Source: Octopus bimaculoides (taxonomy: Eukaryota). Taken from it: a stretch of 64,000 bases of DNA. The stretch lies in contig NC_068981.1 of assembly GCF_001194135.2 (NCBI RefSeq), forward strand, positions 33,712,316 through 33,776,315, read 5' to 3'. The position numbers were made by a program, and so were the translations under genes. Numbering within the stretch: position 1 is the stretch's first letter; every line of letters starts with the position of its first letter. Positions 63,277 to 64,000 of this stretch are shown one piece after another. The notes under the pieces were generated by a model. The model was not told the DNA's origin and did not search any database. It saw nothing but the letters and a program-made list of their open reading frames with translations.

Positions 63277-63427
63277 TGCTGCCACAAGCAGAAAGTGGTA
63301 AGGAAGGTATTCCATTTGTAAAGTTTGATCTAAAGTTTTCAAACAGTGTATTTCAATGCCACGATTGTCATAAATATAGGTCCATTGCTTCTGACTAACT
63401 GCAAACATAGTTTCTTGGTGAAGCCAT
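63277..63427 (-). CDS. WDR46: WDR46 exon ([29 protein letters not shown]...[10 protein letters not shown])
   Basis: CAG acceptor after T-rich tract, GCA|GTAAGT donor, 151 nt. Confidence 0.95.
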
Positions 63428-63713
63428 CTGTTAAGATAAAAAAATAAATATATTTCACTTATGACACAAAAAATTATGTGAACCAGGAGAGAAAGAGAGT
63501 CCTCAATACAAAATGTAGAGTTTTATCATATTTATTGGAAACTTAACAAAACTCTTACTCCAAGTTTCATCTCTGACAATGATGTGAAACTTGCTAAGGT
63601 CTATACTTGGTTTAACCCATTAGTATTCAAACCAGTAATATTCGGCCAAAATATTCTACCTGTTTTATATCCAAACTGACTAGATTCAGCCTTTCCCACC
63701 TACCCTACAATGC

Positions 63714-63749
<36 letters not shown>

Positions 63750-63785
63750 GCATACACACACACATATATATATATATATATATTT

Positions 63786-63950
63786 GGGATAGAAGAATGG
63801 TTAGTGAGAGCTGTGCGAGCCATGTACAGAGATGCTGCCAGTAAGGTGAGGGTTGGAAATGAGTACAGCAATGAATTCCGGGTAGAGGTAGGGGTCCACC
63901 AAGGTTCCGTCCTCAGCCCCCTATTATTTACCATAGTCCTCCAGGCAATC
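63786..63950 (+). mobile_element. RTE LINE reverse transcriptase fragment
   Basis: EWLVRAVRAMYRDAASKVRVGNEYSNEFRVEVGVHQGSVLSPLLFTIVLQAI. Confidence 0.9.
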
Positions 63951-64000
63951 ACTGTATGACGCATGCGTACGAACAACCATGCTACATGGCAGTGAAACAT

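Larger units (their letters stand above)
51056..63427 (-). other. WDR46: WDR46 (UTP7/BING4) gene, 3' portion, 8 exons; 5' exons outside window
   Basis: Spliced translation carries WDR46 motifs [73 protein letters not shown]; all introns GT-AG and phases consistent. Confidence 0.95.

Noticed and set aside
1-64000. CRISPR arrays, operons, rRNA or other prokaryotic/viral systems
   Set aside because: No regularly spaced repeat-spacer array or dense ORF cluster; the genes are intron-rich eukaryotic loci

Overview
AT-rich, repeat-dense animal genomic DNA with assembly gaps. The microsatellite load and repeat families suggest an octopus/cephalopod assembly; this is inference. Two spliced genes can be built exon by exon with canonical GT-AG sites and consistent phases. 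(1) A complete 9-exon QTRT1 (queuine tRNA-ribosyltransferase catalytic subunit) on +, 23480-50608, 405 aa, with a 15.5-kb first intron. (2) The last 8 exons of WDR46/UTP7 (SSU-processome WD40 protein) on -, 63427-51056; its 5' part lies beyond the window. The genes converge, with stop codons 447 nt apart and two facing AATAAA signals. The rest is mainly tRNA-derived SINEs, RTE-related short repeats, decayed LINEs (RTE, Jockey/I-like, R4/Dong-like), a full-length but broken mariner, TTAA-flanked MITEs and microsatellites. No prokaryotic system or CRISPR array is present. The best leads are several long fold-back hairpins, a tRNA-head element with a hammerhead-ribozyme-like core in QTRT1 intron 5, the facing poly(A) signals, and candidate unannotated divergent or antisense exons. 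Exon and hairpin coordinates were counted base by base; most TE boundaries are approximate.
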